Shown: in pieces, positions 1 to 9,535 of the stretch | Position numbering within the stretch: the first letter of the stretch is position 1 | Layout: every line of letters starts with the position of its first letter | Assembly: GCA_017557605.1 (NCBI GenBank) | Contig: JAFYYJ010000109.1 | Coordinates: 791-64,790 of the forward strand | Origin: Salinivirgaceae bacterium | GTDB taxonomy: Bacteria > Bacteroidota > Bacteroidia > Bacteroidales > SZUA-534 | DNA: 64,000 nt | Direction of reading: 5' to 3' | Position numbers and translations under genes: made by a program | Notes under the pieces: generated by a model | What the model saw: only the letters and a program-made list of their open reading frames with translations | What the model was told of the DNA's origin: nothing | Databases searched by the model: none

Positions 1-789
1 CATGTTGCATTTGTCGAAGTGTCCGTTCTGCAACGATTTGTTGAGGAGCCTGGCTGCTTCGGCGGCTTGTCCGTGGTGCATCAGTGCCTGCGCGGCTACA
101 AGTGCTGTTGCTGCGTTACCGTTAGTTTCTATGTATGGCGAGTTGCGGTAAATATCCAATAGTGAGGTGCCGTCGTCGCCGAGCGAGGGAAGTAGAAAAA
201 TGGCTAGTAGCGCCGATTCGGTTTTGAATGTATTTGGGGGGGTGGCGTCGTTCTCAATATCGCGCTGTAGCCGGCAAAACTCTGCGATGCGTTGTTGCGG
301 CGTTAGGTTTTTAGCCAGCGTTGGGAATGTATTGTAAAGTTGCGCGTCGAGCACAAGTTGCAGCATGCTGTAACGGTTCCTTTTCCAGCCCGTTGTTTTG
401 TTCATATTTTGCAATGCCAGCATGTAGCTTGATGCGGCGGTCAGATTGTAGTTACTGCTGAATGCGGCGAAACTGCGCATAAGATAGAGGTCGGCAAGGC
501 ACAGGTAGTAGAACTCGTTGTCGGTTTCATGCTTTTTCAGCTCTTTTATCAGAACCGAAAAATCGGTTGATGCCAGCAGGTCGGTGTCGGAGTTTATGAG
601 CGATTTGACAATGGCTGTGTAGCCCGTAATCCAAGGCTGAAACTCATTTGTATCGGAATCGGTGTCTAACACGAAGTTGAGAATCTGCCGGTGCATGCCG
701 GCGCCGTTGCGCTGATAGTCGAACTGTGCGCTGGCGTTTAGGCTTGTGCCTATTAGTATTATGGCGGCAATTTTCCGGATGATACCCAT
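1..789 (-). CDS. hypothetical secreted protein (N-terminal part; C-terminus runs off the left edge)
   Basis: My own minus-strand translation from the ATG at 787-789 reads MGIIRKIAAIILIGTSLNASAQFDYQRNG... and stays open to position 1. It has a signal-peptide-like N-terminus. It is absent from the ORF track because it is edge-truncated. Confidence 0.5.
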   Translation of the reverse strand, partial: MGIIRKIAAIILIGTSLNASAQFDYQRNGAGMHRQILNFVLDTDSDTNEFQPWITGYTAIVKSLINSDTDLLASTDFSVLIKELKKHETDNEFYYLCLADLYLMRSFAAFSSNYNLTAASSYMLALQNMNKTTGWKRNRYSMLQLVLDAQLYNTFPTLAKNLTPQQRIAEFCRLQRDIENDATPPNTFKTESALLAIFLLPSLGDDGTSLLDIYRNSPYIETNGNAATALVAAQALMHHGQAAEAARLLNKSLQNGHFDKCNM

Positions 790-803
790 TCGTGTGAAAA
801 AAG

Positions 804-829
804 AAAGGGATTGCCGAGGCAATCCCTTT
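804..829 (-). terminator. rho-independent terminator hairpin after the zinc-ribbon gene
   Basis: The arms aaagggattgcc / ggcaatcccttt are perfect. On the minus strand the hairpin is followed by cttttttc. Confidence 0.55.
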
Positions 830-850
830 ATAGTTCTGTTTAATAGATGA

Positions 851-1603
851 TTACAACTCGGCTAATCCTGCATCTACAAGAATGCGGCCGCAATATTCGC
901 AAACTATAATGCGCTTGCGGGCACGGATGTCGACTTGGCGCTGGGGCGGAATCTTGTTGAAGCAGCCGCCGCATGCGTCGCGCTGAATGGTTACCACTGC
1001 AAGACCGTTGCGCACGTTATTGCTTATGCGGTTGAAGGCTGTGAGGTAACGAGGCTCAATAAATTTCTCTATTTCAGCTTTTTTGGCTTCAAGTTCCTCT
1101 TCTTTCTTTTGAGTCTCCGATATGATGCTGTTCAGCTCGCTGCGTTTTTGGTCCAGGTCGCCCGAACGCTCGGCAAACACGGTCTCTGCTTTTTCGATGA
1201 ATTCTTTTTTGTTCTCCATTTCAGCAGTGAACTCGCGGATGTGTTTCTCGCTCAATTCAATCTCAAGACTCTGGAACTCAATCTCTTTCGATAGAGAGTC
1301 ATACTCGCGGTTGTTGCGTACATTGTCTTGTTGCGACTGGTATTTCTTTATGTCTTCTTGCGATTGTGCAATCTTATGCTTCTCATTGACAATGTTTTGC
1401 TCGAATTCTTTCACTTCGCTCTTGTAGTTGGCGATGCGTGTCTGCAAACCTGCCAATTCGTCTTCAAGGTCTTGAACTTCGAGCGGAAGCTCACCGCGCA
1501 AACTCTTGATTTTGTTGATTTCGGTTTGAACTTGCTGAAGGTCATAAAGGTTTTTCAGCTTCTGTTCCATTGTGCTTTCAACTTTTTGATTCTTGTCATC
1601 CAT
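851..1603 (-). CDS. coiled-coil protein with C-terminal C4 zinc ribbon (COG1579-type)
   Basis: A long heptad-like E/K-rich region ends in CGGCFNKIPPQ...CEYCGRIL. It sits 4 nt downstream of a Nif3-like gene, which is the usual partner. Confidence 0.8.
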   Translation of the reverse strand: MDDKNQKVESTMEQKLKNLYDLQQVQTEINKIKSLRGELPLEVQDLEDELAGLQTRIANYKSEVKEFEQNIVNEKHKIAQSQEDIKKYQSQQDNVRNNREYDSLSKEIEFQSLEIELSEKHIREFTAEMENKKEFIEKAETVFAERSGDLDQKRSELNSIISETQKKEEELEAKKAEIEKFIEPRYLTAFNRISNNVRNGLAVVTIQRDACGGCFNKIPPQRQVDIRARKRIIVCEYCGRILVDAGLAEL

Positions 1604-1607
1604 TGCG

Positions 1608-2705
1608 TTATACGTATTTTATTGGATTTGTTTTTACTTTCGTCAATCGAACCGCAAAATTAGAAAAATTTCTGGTAAGTAATTCATAAAAAAGTTCTTT
1701 TGTGAATTGTTCGCTCTCATAGTGCCCGATGTCGGCTAAGACAAAGGGATAGCGGGCGTCGAAGAACTGGTGGTATTTGATGTCGGCGGTGAGTAGAATG
1801 TCGGCACCGGCGCGCATGGCGTCTTCAATCAGGAAACTCCCGGCACCACCGCAGACGGCAATTTTCGCAATAGGTGTTTCGGGCAGACGGGTATGGCGGA
1901 TGCTACCGCAGTCGAATATTTTTTTGATTCGTAGAAGAAAAGTGGCGGCGTTTTCCGGTTCGGTAAGTTCGCCTATTATGCCAGTTCCGGCCTGATTGTA
2001 TTCGTTTTTCAGAGGATAAATGTCGTAGGCCGGCTCCTCGTAGGGATGCGCGGCAAGCATGGCGTTTATAACCTTGCCGGTAAGGTGTTGAGGCATAATT
2101 GTTTCGATACGAGTCTCAGCTTCAAAGTGCAGCTCGCCAATATTTCCGACGAATGGGTTGCAGTTTTCGTTTGCCTTGAAAGTTCCCTGACCTTCAGTGT
2201 TATAGCTGCAACTATCGTAATTACCAATGCTGCCGGCGCCCGCTTCAAACATAGCGTTGCGTACAGCTTCGGCGTGCGATAGGGGCACATACACAGCCAG
2301 TTTGCACAGATTCCCGCTCATCGGACTCAGAATCCTGACATTCCGGAGACCAATTTTTTCAGCAATCTTGCTGTTGACGCCGTTGTTGAGCATATTGTCG
2401 AGATTGGTGTGAGCGGCGTATATGGCAATGTCGTTTTTTATGGCTTTGATGAGTGTCCTCTCGATATAGTTAGCGCCGGTGAATTTTTTCAAACCGCTGA
2501 ACACAAACGGATGATGTGAGATTATCAAATTGAAACCTAAACTGATAGCTTCATCAACAACTTCTTCGGTAACATCAAGGCAGATTAGCGCTCCGGTGGC
2601 TTCGGTTTGCCGGTTGCCTACAATAAGCCCGGCATTGTCATACGATTCTTGCATCGCAAGCGGTGCCACAGATTCGATATAGCTGGTTATTTCGCTTATT
2701 TTCAT
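1608..2705 (-). CDS. Nif3-like dinuclear metal centre protein
   Basis: 365 aa with the ISHHPFVFSGLKK motif, a central inserted domain and a C-terminal GHYESE motif typical of the NIF3/YqfO family. Confidence 0.85.
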   Translation of the reverse strand: MKISEITSYIESVAPLAMQESYDNAGLIVGNRQTEATGALICLDVTEEVVDEAISLGFNLIISHHPFVFSGLKKFTGANYIERTLIKAIKNDIAIYAAHTNLDNMLNNGVNSKIAEKIGLRNVRILSPMSGNLCKLAVYVPLSHAEAVRNAMFEAGAGSIGNYDSCSYNTEGQGTFKANENCNPFVGNIGELHFEAETRIETIMPQHLTGKVINAMLAAHPYEEPAYDIYPLKNEYNQAGTGIIGELTEPENAATFLLRIKKIFDCGSIRHTRLPETPIAKIAVCGGAGSFLIEDAMRAGADILLTADIKYHQFFDARYPFVLADIGHYESEQFTKELFYELLTRNFSNFAVRLTKVKTNPIKYV

Positions 2706-2779
2706 CGTTATATATTAATTGTCAATACCCTTATTCATATGTCTTAATCCTGTTGTCTATCCGGACTTCGGTTATTCAA

Positions 2780-4060
2780 TCAGTACCCGTAACGCTCTTT
2801 CCACCAGTTTTTCAGCCGTGTGCGGATGTTGTCTTCCTGCGGGTTGGGTTGCGGGGTGTAAAAAGCGTGTCCGCGCAACTCTTTCGGCAGAAAATCCTGT
2901 TCCACAAAATGTCCTTCGTAGTCGTGCGAATACTTGTATTCGCGCCCGTAACCCATTTTCTCCATTAGCTTTGTGGGTGCATTGCGCAGGTGCAGCGGAA
3001 CAGACAGGTTGCCAGTTTGTCCTACAGTTGCAAGCGCTTCGTTTATAGCCATATATGCCGAATTGCTCTTTGGGCTTGTGGCCAGATAAATGGCACATTC
3101 TGAGAGAATTATGCGGGCTTCGGGCAGACCAATCTTGTTCACCGACTCAAAGCAGGTGTTGGCTAGCAGCATAGCGTTCGGGTTGGCCAGACCGATGTCT
3201 TCCGAGGCGGAAATAATCAGTCTACGGGCAATGAATTTGACATCCTCGCCGCCGTCAATCATTCGCGCAAGCCAGTAAACAGCGCCGTTCGGGTCGCTTC
3301 CGCGAATCGATTTTATGAAGGCAGAAATGATGTCATAGTGCATCTCGCCGTTCTTGTCGTAAATCGACAAGTTTTCTTGCAGAATGTCCTCAACAATCTG
3401 ATTATTAATAACAATAGGATTCTTACCGTTTTGTGCGCCAACAACAATGTCGATGATGTTCAGCAGTTTTCTGGCATCGCCGCCGGAGTAGCGGAACATT
3501 GCCTCTTTTTCTTCGACATTAATATTCAGTTGCTTCAGGTCGTAATCGGTTGTTAGCGCGCGGGTTAGCAGCTCCTCAAGGTCGGCAGGCTCAAGCGCTT
3601 TCAGCACGTAAACCTGGCAGCGCGACAGCAGTGGCGATATAACCTCAAACGACGGATTTTCGGTTGTGGCGCCTATAAGCGTTACCACGCCCTGTTCAAC
3701 GGCGCCCAAAAGCGAGTCCTGTTGTGCCTTGCTGAAACGGTGAATCTCGTCGATGAAAAGGATAGGGTTCGCCTGATTGAAGAATTGCTGCCGTTTGGCT
3801 TGGTCAATGGTGTCGCGAACATCCTTCACGCCAGAGCTTATGGCGCTGAGCGAATAGAACGCGCGGCCTTGCAAATTACTGATAATGTTTGCTAAAGTGG
3901 TTTTGCCAACTCCTGGCGGCCCCCAAAGAATCATACTGGGAATGCGCCCCGACTCAATAGCTTTCCGCAGTACGGCACCTTTTCCTACCAAGTGCTTCTG
4001 GCCAATATATTCGTCCAAATTTTTCGGACGCAATCGCTCCGCTAACGGCAAGTTCGACAT
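2780..4060 (-). CDS. rarA: replication-associated recombination protein A (AAA+ ATPase)
   Basis: Walker A GPPGVGKTT, Walker B LFIDEIHRF, and C-terminal MgsA-type helices (ARRLIISASEDIGLANP). I moved the start from the ORF-track 4219 to the ATG at 4058-4060 (MSNLPLAERLRPKNLDEY), the conserved RarA N-terminus. Confidence 0.9.
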   Translation of the reverse strand: MSNLPLAERLRPKNLDEYIGQKHLVGKGAVLRKAIESGRIPSMILWGPPGVGKTTLANIISNLQGRAFYSLSAISSGVKDVRDTIDQAKRQQFFNQANPILFIDEIHRFSKAQQDSLLGAVEQGVVTLIGATTENPSFEVISPLLSRCQVYVLKALEPADLEELLTRALTTDYDLKQLNINVEEKEAMFRYSGGDARKLLNIIDIVVGAQNGKNPIVINNQIVEDILQENLSIYDKNGEMHYDIISAFIKSIRGSDPNGAVYWLARMIDGGEDVKFIARRLIISASEDIGLANPNAMLLANTCFESVNKIGLPEARIILSECAIYLATSPKSNSAYMAINEALATVGQTGNLSVPLHLRNAPTKLMEKMGYGREYKYSHDYEGHFVEQDFLPKELRGHAFYTPQPNPQEDNIRTRLKNWWKERYGY

Positions 4061-4200
4061 TCTGCGTTGTTTTTCGATTGCGGCGAAGATAGGAAACGAT
4101 AACGAAAACTGAAAACGAAAACACGGACGATAACATCCTACTTTCGTCTTCCGCTTATACCTGACATCTAAAATATTATCTTTGCCAAAAACAGAAAACA

Positions 4201-4887
4201 ATGTTCGGACTTCCAACACATTTGCAAAACACTGACGATGTTGAACTTAAGCAGATTATGCAACAGGCGGTTATGCTGCAGAATGGCATGGTGGCTTCAA
4301 CTATGGCAAAGGCAGGTGTGCACGGCGTAATGAACTATGGTGTTTCACAAACCGACTTACGCGGCCTTGCCCGTCAATATGGAGTCAATCACAGCCTTGC
4401 CCGCCGGCTCTGTCCACTACAGATTCGTGAGGCGAAGATTCTCGCATCGTTGCTTTTCGATGCCAATAGCCTTACTGACAGCGATTTACAAATGATATTC
4501 GACTCCGTTATCAATCTGGACTTGGCGGAGAATTTGGCGCACAACATCATCTGGAAAATTGATGACACAGGTTTTTACAGCCGTTTGATTGAAACCGACA
4601 AATGGCATATTGTTTCAGCCGTTTATGCCGTGGGGCAGGGTGTTGCTCGCCACGGGAGTAATTCCGACAACCTGACCGCTTGGTTTGTCAAAAATCTCGA
4701 AACCATTGTAAATAAGAACCTTGTGGAGACGCTTCAGCCTGTGGTTTCGACAATGGAAACCATTGCCAGCAGCTCGGCGCAAAGGCTGAGAACTATTACC
4801 GATATTGCCCAAAAACTGCAACACTCGCCTTCAGCATTCGCTCAGAATGTTGGAAATCAGGTTGTAATGCTCTGTGAGGATTTTTAA
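4201..4887 (+). CDS. DNA alkylation repair-like HEAT-repeat protein (tentative)
   Basis: 228 aa, all-helical, with the size and repeat feel of the AlkC/AlkD-like family (REAKILASLLF...). No catalytic motif could be verified by eye. Confidence 0.45.
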   Translation: MFGLPTHLQNTDDVELKQIMQQAVMLQNGMVASTMAKAGVHGVMNYGVSQTDLRGLARQYGVNHSLARRLCPLQIREAKILASLLFDANSLTDSDLQMIFDSVINLDLAENLAHNIIWKIDDTGFYSRLIETDKWHIVSAVYAVGQGVARHGSNSDNLTAWFVKNLETIVNKNLVETLQPVVSTMETIASSSAQRLRTITDIAQKLQHSPSAFAQNVGNQVVMLCEDF

Positions 4888-4984
4888 TTGAGAAAAATTC
4901 CCAACTTCAGAGCGATTATTCCCGTTTGGTACATTTTTTGTCATACGTGTAGTTCGTTTTAAATTGAACTAAACTATTAATGCT

Positions 4985-5749
4985 ATGAACTTAGATAAAT
5001 CATCAAACCCGACATTTAGCGACCGCATTCTGCGCGATTATTCTTATGCCGACACCGACCGTACAATGACGGTGCAGGGTGCGGTAAACAAAGTGATTCT
5101 TCTTATGGCACTTGTGATTGCCGGTGCGGCTTTTACTTGGTCGAAATTCATGGTGCAGGCCGAAACTGGCCAAGGAATTGTTCAGGGTTGGATGATAGGC
5201 GGCAGCGTTGCAGGTTTCATATTGGCACTTGTCATATCATTCAAAAAAGAACTAGCGCCGTTTTTATCGCCCATTTACGCGGTTTGCGAGGGACTTTGCA
5301 TCGGTGCACTATCGGCATATTTCGAATTGATGTTCCCCGGGTTGGTGGTAATGCGTGCGGTGGTTCTCACATTCGGAGTTCTGTTTGCTATGCTGTTTCT
5401 TTATAAGACACGAATGATTCAGGCCACGCAACGTTTCCGTGCCATTGTTCTGGCCGCAACAATAGGAATAGCCGTGGCTTATTTGGCAACGTTCATTATT
5501 GGGTTGTTCGGCGTGAGAACTACGTTTATGTTTGGAGGCGGCACGCTTGGCATTGTAATCAGCCTTGTTATTGTGGTTGTTGCCGCGCTCAATCTTATTC
5601 TCGATTTCGATTTTGTTGAGAAAGGGGCCGATGCAGGTCTTCCGTCATATTTTGAATGGTACTCGGCATTCGGCCTTATGGTGACTTTGATTTGGCTTTA
5701 TATCGAGATACTGCGCCTTTTGGCGATTTTGGCAAGCAGCCGCGATTAA
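4985..5749 (+). CDS. Bax inhibitor-1/YccA family membrane protein
   Basis: 254 aa with an N-terminal SSNP motif and about 7 hydrophobic helices, which matches the family pattern. Confidence 0.7.
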   Translation: MNLDKSSNPTFSDRILRDYSYADTDRTMTVQGAVNKVILLMALVIAGAAFTWSKFMVQAETGQGIVQGWMIGGSVAGFILALVISFKKELAPFLSPIYAVCEGLCIGALSAYFELMFPGLVVMRAVVLTFGVLFAMLFLYKTRMIQATQRFRAIVLAATIGIAVAYLATFIIGLFGVRTTFMFGGGTLGIVISLVIVVVAALNLILDFDFVEKGADAGLPSYFEWYSAFGLMVTLIWLYIEILRLLAILASSRD

Positions 5750-5768
5750 TTCATTATAACATAACAGC

Positions 5769-6938
5769 TTAGCTTCCCAGCGGATGTGCGTAAAGCTGCA
5801 CGTCTTTGGCGGTGATGTTCTTATCGCAAAGGATGAGCAGACGCTCAATCACGTTGCGCAACTCGCGGATGTTGCCAGTCCAGTTGATTTTCTGCAATTC
5901 AGCTATGGCATCGGGGGTAATGGTCGATTTGGCCACGCCCGATTCCTCGCAAATCTGCCCGATGAAATGGTCGGCCAGAAGAGGAATGTCCTCGACGCGC
6001 TCGTTCAGGGTGGGCACCTGAATCAGAATCACACTCAATCGGTGGTACAGGTCCTCGCGGAAGCGGCCAGCCTTGATTTCCTCCTCAAGATTCTTGTTGG
6101 TGGCGGCAATCACGCGCACATTCACGTCGATGTCCTTGTCGGCGCCCACGCGGGTTATCTTGTTCTCCTGTAGGGCGCGCAGCACCTTGGCTTGTGCCGA
6201 CAGGCTCATATCGCCAATCTCGTCGAGGAATATGGTGCCGCCGTCAGCCTGCTCAAATTTACCGGCGCGGTCTTTCACGGCACCCGTAAACGAGCCTTTC
6301 ATATGGCCAAATAATTCGCTCTCAATCAGTTCCGACGGAATAGCGGCGCAGTTCACCTCAACAAACGCAGCCTCGGCGCGATTGCTCAAACTGTGAATCA
6401 TTCGCGCCACAACCTCCTTGCCAGTGCCGTTTTGGCCTGTGATGAGCACACGGGCGTCGGTGGGGGCTACTTTCTCAATCATTGCCTTTATGAGTTTCAG
6501 CGGCGCCGACTCGCCAATCAGTTCGCGGTTTTTGCCCGCCACTTTCTTGCGCAGAGTCTTGGTTTCGGTAACAAGTTTGCCCTTGTCCATTGCGTTGCGC
6601 AGGGTGATGAGCAGACGGTTCAGGTCGAGTGGCTTCTCGATGAAGTCGAACGCGCCCATTTTAATGGCTTTCACGGCTGTGTCAACCGTGCCGTGTCCCG
6701 AAATCATTATCACCGGAAGGTCTGGCCACTCTTTGACCACTTGCTCCAGCACTTCCATTCCGTCCATTCCCTCCATTTTGATGTCGAGCAGAAGCGCGTC
6801 GAACGATTCCTTTTTAAGCAGTTCAAGGCCTTCAAGACCGTTGGCGGCAAGGCTTACGCGGTGTTTCTCGTATTCCAGTATCTCCTTGAGTGTGTTGCGG
6901 ATAGCCTTTTCGTCGTCGATAACTAATATGTGTGCCAT
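5769..6938 (-). CDS. sigma-54-dependent response regulator (receiver + AAA+ domains, no C-terminal HTH)
   Basis: Receiver domain (ILVIDDE, LLLDIKMEGMDG), Walker A GQNGTGKEV, sigma-54 contact loop GSFTGA and ESELFGH. The protein ends 17 aa after GNIRELRNVIERL. Confidence 0.9.
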   Translation of the reverse strand: MAHILVIDDEKAIRNTLKEILEYEKHRVSLAANGLEGLELLKKESFDALLLDIKMEGMDGMEVLEQVVKEWPDLPVIMISGHGTVDTAVKAIKMGAFDFIEKPLDLNRLLITLRNAMDKGKLVTETKTLRKKVAGKNRELIGESAPLKLIKAMIEKVAPTDARVLITGQNGTGKEVVARMIHSLSNRAEAAFVEVNCAAIPSELIESELFGHMKGSFTGAVKDRAGKFEQADGGTIFLDEIGDMSLSAQAKVLRALQENKITRVGADKDIDVNVRVIAATNKNLEEEIKAGRFREDLYHRLSVILIQVPTLNERVEDIPLLADHFIGQICEESGVAKSTITPDAIAELQKINWTGNIRELRNVIERLLILCDKNITAKDVQLYAHPLGS

Positions 6939-6940
6939 TT

Positions 6941-7870
6941 TTAAAGTGTATTTTCAAGTTGAATTGCCACGCCTTCGGTCAGTGCGTACGACGATTGCGC
7001 TATGTTTTTGACTTGCGCTTTGTCGATGACGTATTTTGCGAAAATTGCGGCCATGACAATGGTGTCTTTTCGTAATGTTTCAAGCCCCGGAATCAGAATG
7101 CGTTCCTGGCTCGAGGTCGATATTATCGTCTTATAGATGTCGTTGAAGTCGTCGACGCTGAATGTTGAGTAGCGCGAGTTGAGAGGCAGCGGCTTGTGCC
7201 GTTTCTTCTGCGAAATCATCTCGGCAAAGGTGTCGAAAGCGCCGGCTGAGCCTAGTACCCGCTCCACCGGATATTGTTTCAGTGCCGCGTCGAGGTCGGC
7301 CATTTGCTCGTCGAAATAGTGCAGTAGCTTGTCTATTTCGTCAGGCGAGATTGGGTCTTCGGGCTTGATGAGTTCTAGCAGGCGCGCGCTTCCTAGTTCG
7401 TAGCTGTTGCTCCAGAGCATCTGGTCGCCGTTGCCGATAATCAGTTCGTTGTTGCCTCCGCCGATGTCGAGCATCAGGTAGTTTTTGCTGTCCATTGGAA
7501 CGGCATTGCTTATGGCGCTGAATATGTATTGCGTCTCTTGTTGACCGGTTATCGGAACAATCTGTATGCCAAGCTCTTTCTTAACTTTTTCGATAAAGTT
7601 GTTGGAATTGTGCGCGTTACGGATAGCCGATGTTCCGTAGGCGATAACTTGCTCGCACTGATAGTCTTTAATCAGTCCGCTATAGTCGCGCAGCACGGCA
7701 AACGAGCGGACAAAAGCCTTGTCGGACAGGAACCCGGTCATCAGGCCTTCGCTGCCAAGCATCACCGCCGATTTGGTTTTCTGCAGCACATCAATCTTTT
7801 TGCCTTTTTCGATGTTGACAATCAGAATGTTGAATGTGTTTGTGCCTAAGTCGATAATCGCAACTCTCAT
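6941..7870 (-). CDS. Ppx/GppA family phosphatase
   Basis: ASKHA-fold N-terminus MRVAIIDLGTNTFNILI and LMLDIGGGNNE. Its stop lies 2 nt upstream of the response-regulator start. Confidence 0.85.
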   Translation of the reverse strand: MRVAIIDLGTNTFNILIVNIEKGKKIDVLQKTKSAVMLGSEGLMTGFLSDKAFVRSFAVLRDYSGLIKDYQCEQVIAYGTSAIRNAHNSNNFIEKVKKELGIQIVPITGQQETQYIFSAISNAVPMDSKNYLMLDIGGGNNELIIGNGDQMLWSNSYELGSARLLELIKPEDPISPDEIDKLLHYFDEQMADLDAALKQYPVERVLGSAGAFDTFAEMISQKKRHKPLPLNSRYSTFSVDDFNDIYKTIISTSSQERILIPGLETLRKDTIVMAAIFAKYVIDKAQVKNIAQSSYALTEGVAIQLENTL

Positions 7871-7881
7871 ATCATCAGTTG

Positions 7882-8175
7882 TTAGGTATTATTTGAAAGA
7901 GCACCATTACTTATTGGTATGACAATCAATATTATTGTCAAAATCACCAACAATATTATGGTGGCAATTGAAGATTTTGCAATAATAGTTTTAAATCTGT
8001 TATTTGCTGAATAGCAATTAAATACTGTTGCCGCAGCGAACAAAATAATCAGCAGGGGCTGTAATATGATAAATAGCCAAACGTTTATCTCGCTATAAGT
8101 AAATGATGAGTTTTTCGACCACCATACCAATAATTCAATGCATGCATTACATATAGAGTTGAAAAACGTATCCAT
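7882..8175 (-). CDS. small hydrophobic membrane protein, orphan
   Basis: 97-aa ORF with 2-3 predicted TM helices and a conspicuously AT-rich sequence. I recognise no family. Confidence 0.35.
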   Translation of the reverse strand: MDTFFNSICNACIELLVWWSKNSSFTYSEINVWLFIILQPLLIILFAAATVFNCYSANNRFKTIIAKSSIATIILLVILTIILIVIPISNGALSNNT

Positions 8176-8204
8176 ATCGGTTTGCTATATCATAGTCCTT
8201 ATTT

Positions 8205-9533
8205 TCAATTCCTTATCCACCGCCAAATCTCTTTCAGTGTCGCTTTTTTGCCATACATCAGAATGCCTGTGCGGTAGATTTTGCTTGCGACCCACGTAAC
8301 AGCAACAAATGTAACAATTAACAGCACTGCCGACAAAAATAATTCGCTGTAAGGAACTCCGTAGGGTATGCGCGCCAGCATTGTAACGGGCGATGTGAAC
8401 GGAATGATGCTCAGCCAGAAGTTGAGCGTGCTGTCGGGATTGCTCATGGTGCCGGTCAGGGCTATTAGCGCAATAACCAGCGGCAGACTGACGGGCAGCA
8501 TGAACTGTTGCGTGTCCGACTCATTGTCGACCATTGCTCCAATGGCCGCAAACATGGCGCTGTAGAGGAAATAGCCGCAAAGGAAGAAAAACAGGAATGT
8601 CACTAGTATGACACCGAAGTTGATGCTCTCGAAAGTGCTGAAAATGTTTTTTATATCATCAAATTCGACATTGCTGCTGGTTTCGCTTTGCGCTATCTGG
8701 CTGCCGCCCGAGGTGATAAGTTGGGAAGTCTGCTCCATTTTTGCGGTGTCAGGCATAAGCAATGGTGCTACAGCCGAGTACAGACCTATTGTAAGCACTA
8801 TCCAAAGAGCAAATTGTGTTAGAGTTACAAGACTGACACCAATAATCTTGCCCAACATCAGCTGCATTGGTTTGACCGACGAAACAATGACTTCGACAAT
8901 GCGGTTGGTCTTTTCCTCAATCACACCGCGCATCACGGCGTTGCCCGACATGAAGATTGTTATGTAGAGCAGGAATCCCATAAGGTACGACAGCACCATT
9001 TTCAGCGTCATGTTGTCGCGCTCCTCATGGCCGTCGTCGGTAATTTTTATGTTGGTGATGCTGACGCGGGTTTTCACTGCCGCCAGAATCGCAGGCTCCA
9101 CGCCGTATGCGCGCAGTTTCTCGTTCTCCAGCCGTTTTTCGATGCAGTTCGATATGTGCATCCGCAGGTCGAGGCTTGGCGACTTGTCGGAGTACATGTA
9201 GACGGCGTTACCCGAATTCACAACATTGTGGCTGATGTAGAGTATGGCGTAGAACCCTGACTCTTTGAAGTTTGCTTTGTATTGCTGCAGGTTGGCGTCG
9301 GGTGTGTAGACGAATTTGATGTAGTCGGTTTCGGGCAACTGGTTGCGGAAAACGTGAGTGCTGTCAACTACCTGAACTATCTTTATCTCAGTGTCTTGCA
9401 TCTGCATAAGCAGACCGGGAGCTATAAGCAGAGCGGCAAACAGCACCGGCCCCAGAAGGCTCATTATTATGAAGCTTTTCTTTTTGACGCGCGTGGTGTA
9501 CTCGCGTTCTATTATTGTGAATATCTTGCTCAT
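8205..9533 (-). CDS. ABC-2 type transporter permease
   Basis: 442 aa with an N-terminal TM helix, a large extracytoplasmic loop and a C-terminal bundle of about 5 TM helices. It lies directly downstream of the ABC ATPase (2-nt gap). Confidence 0.8.
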   Translation of the reverse strand: MSKIFTIIEREYTTRVKKKSFIIMSLLGPVLFAALLIAPGLLMQMQDTEIKIVQVVDSTHVFRNQLPETDYIKFVYTPDANLQQYKANFKESGFYAILYISHNVVNSGNAVYMYSDKSPSLDLRMHISNCIEKRLENEKLRAYGVEPAILAAVKTRVSITNIKITDDGHEERDNMTLKMVLSYLMGFLLYITIFMSGNAVMRGVIEEKTNRIVEVIVSSVKPMQLMLGKIIGVSLVTLTQFALWIVLTIGLYSAVAPLLMPDTAKMEQTSQLITSGGSQIAQSETSSNVEFDDIKNIFSTFESINFGVILVTFLFFFLCGYFLYSAMFAAIGAMVDNESDTQQFMLPVSLPLVIALIALTGTMSNPDSTLNFWLSIIPFTSPVTMLARIPYGVPYSELFLSAVLLIVTFVAVTWVASKIYRTGILMYGKKATLKEIWRWIRN

Positions 9534-9535
9534 TT

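Noticed and set aside
935-1663. Plus-strand ORFs (935..1294, 1122..1427, 1328..1663) overlapping the zinc-ribbon gene.
   Set aside because: They are antisense shadows of a strongly supported coiled-coil gene. Their translations are low-complexity, Leu/Phe/Ser-rich, and carry no motifs.
2780-4219. The long 479-aa version of the RarA ORF.
   Set aside because: The first 53 residues are not RarA-like and would overlap the divergent gene starting at 4201. The ATG at 4060 gives the canonical MSNLPLAERLRP N-terminus.
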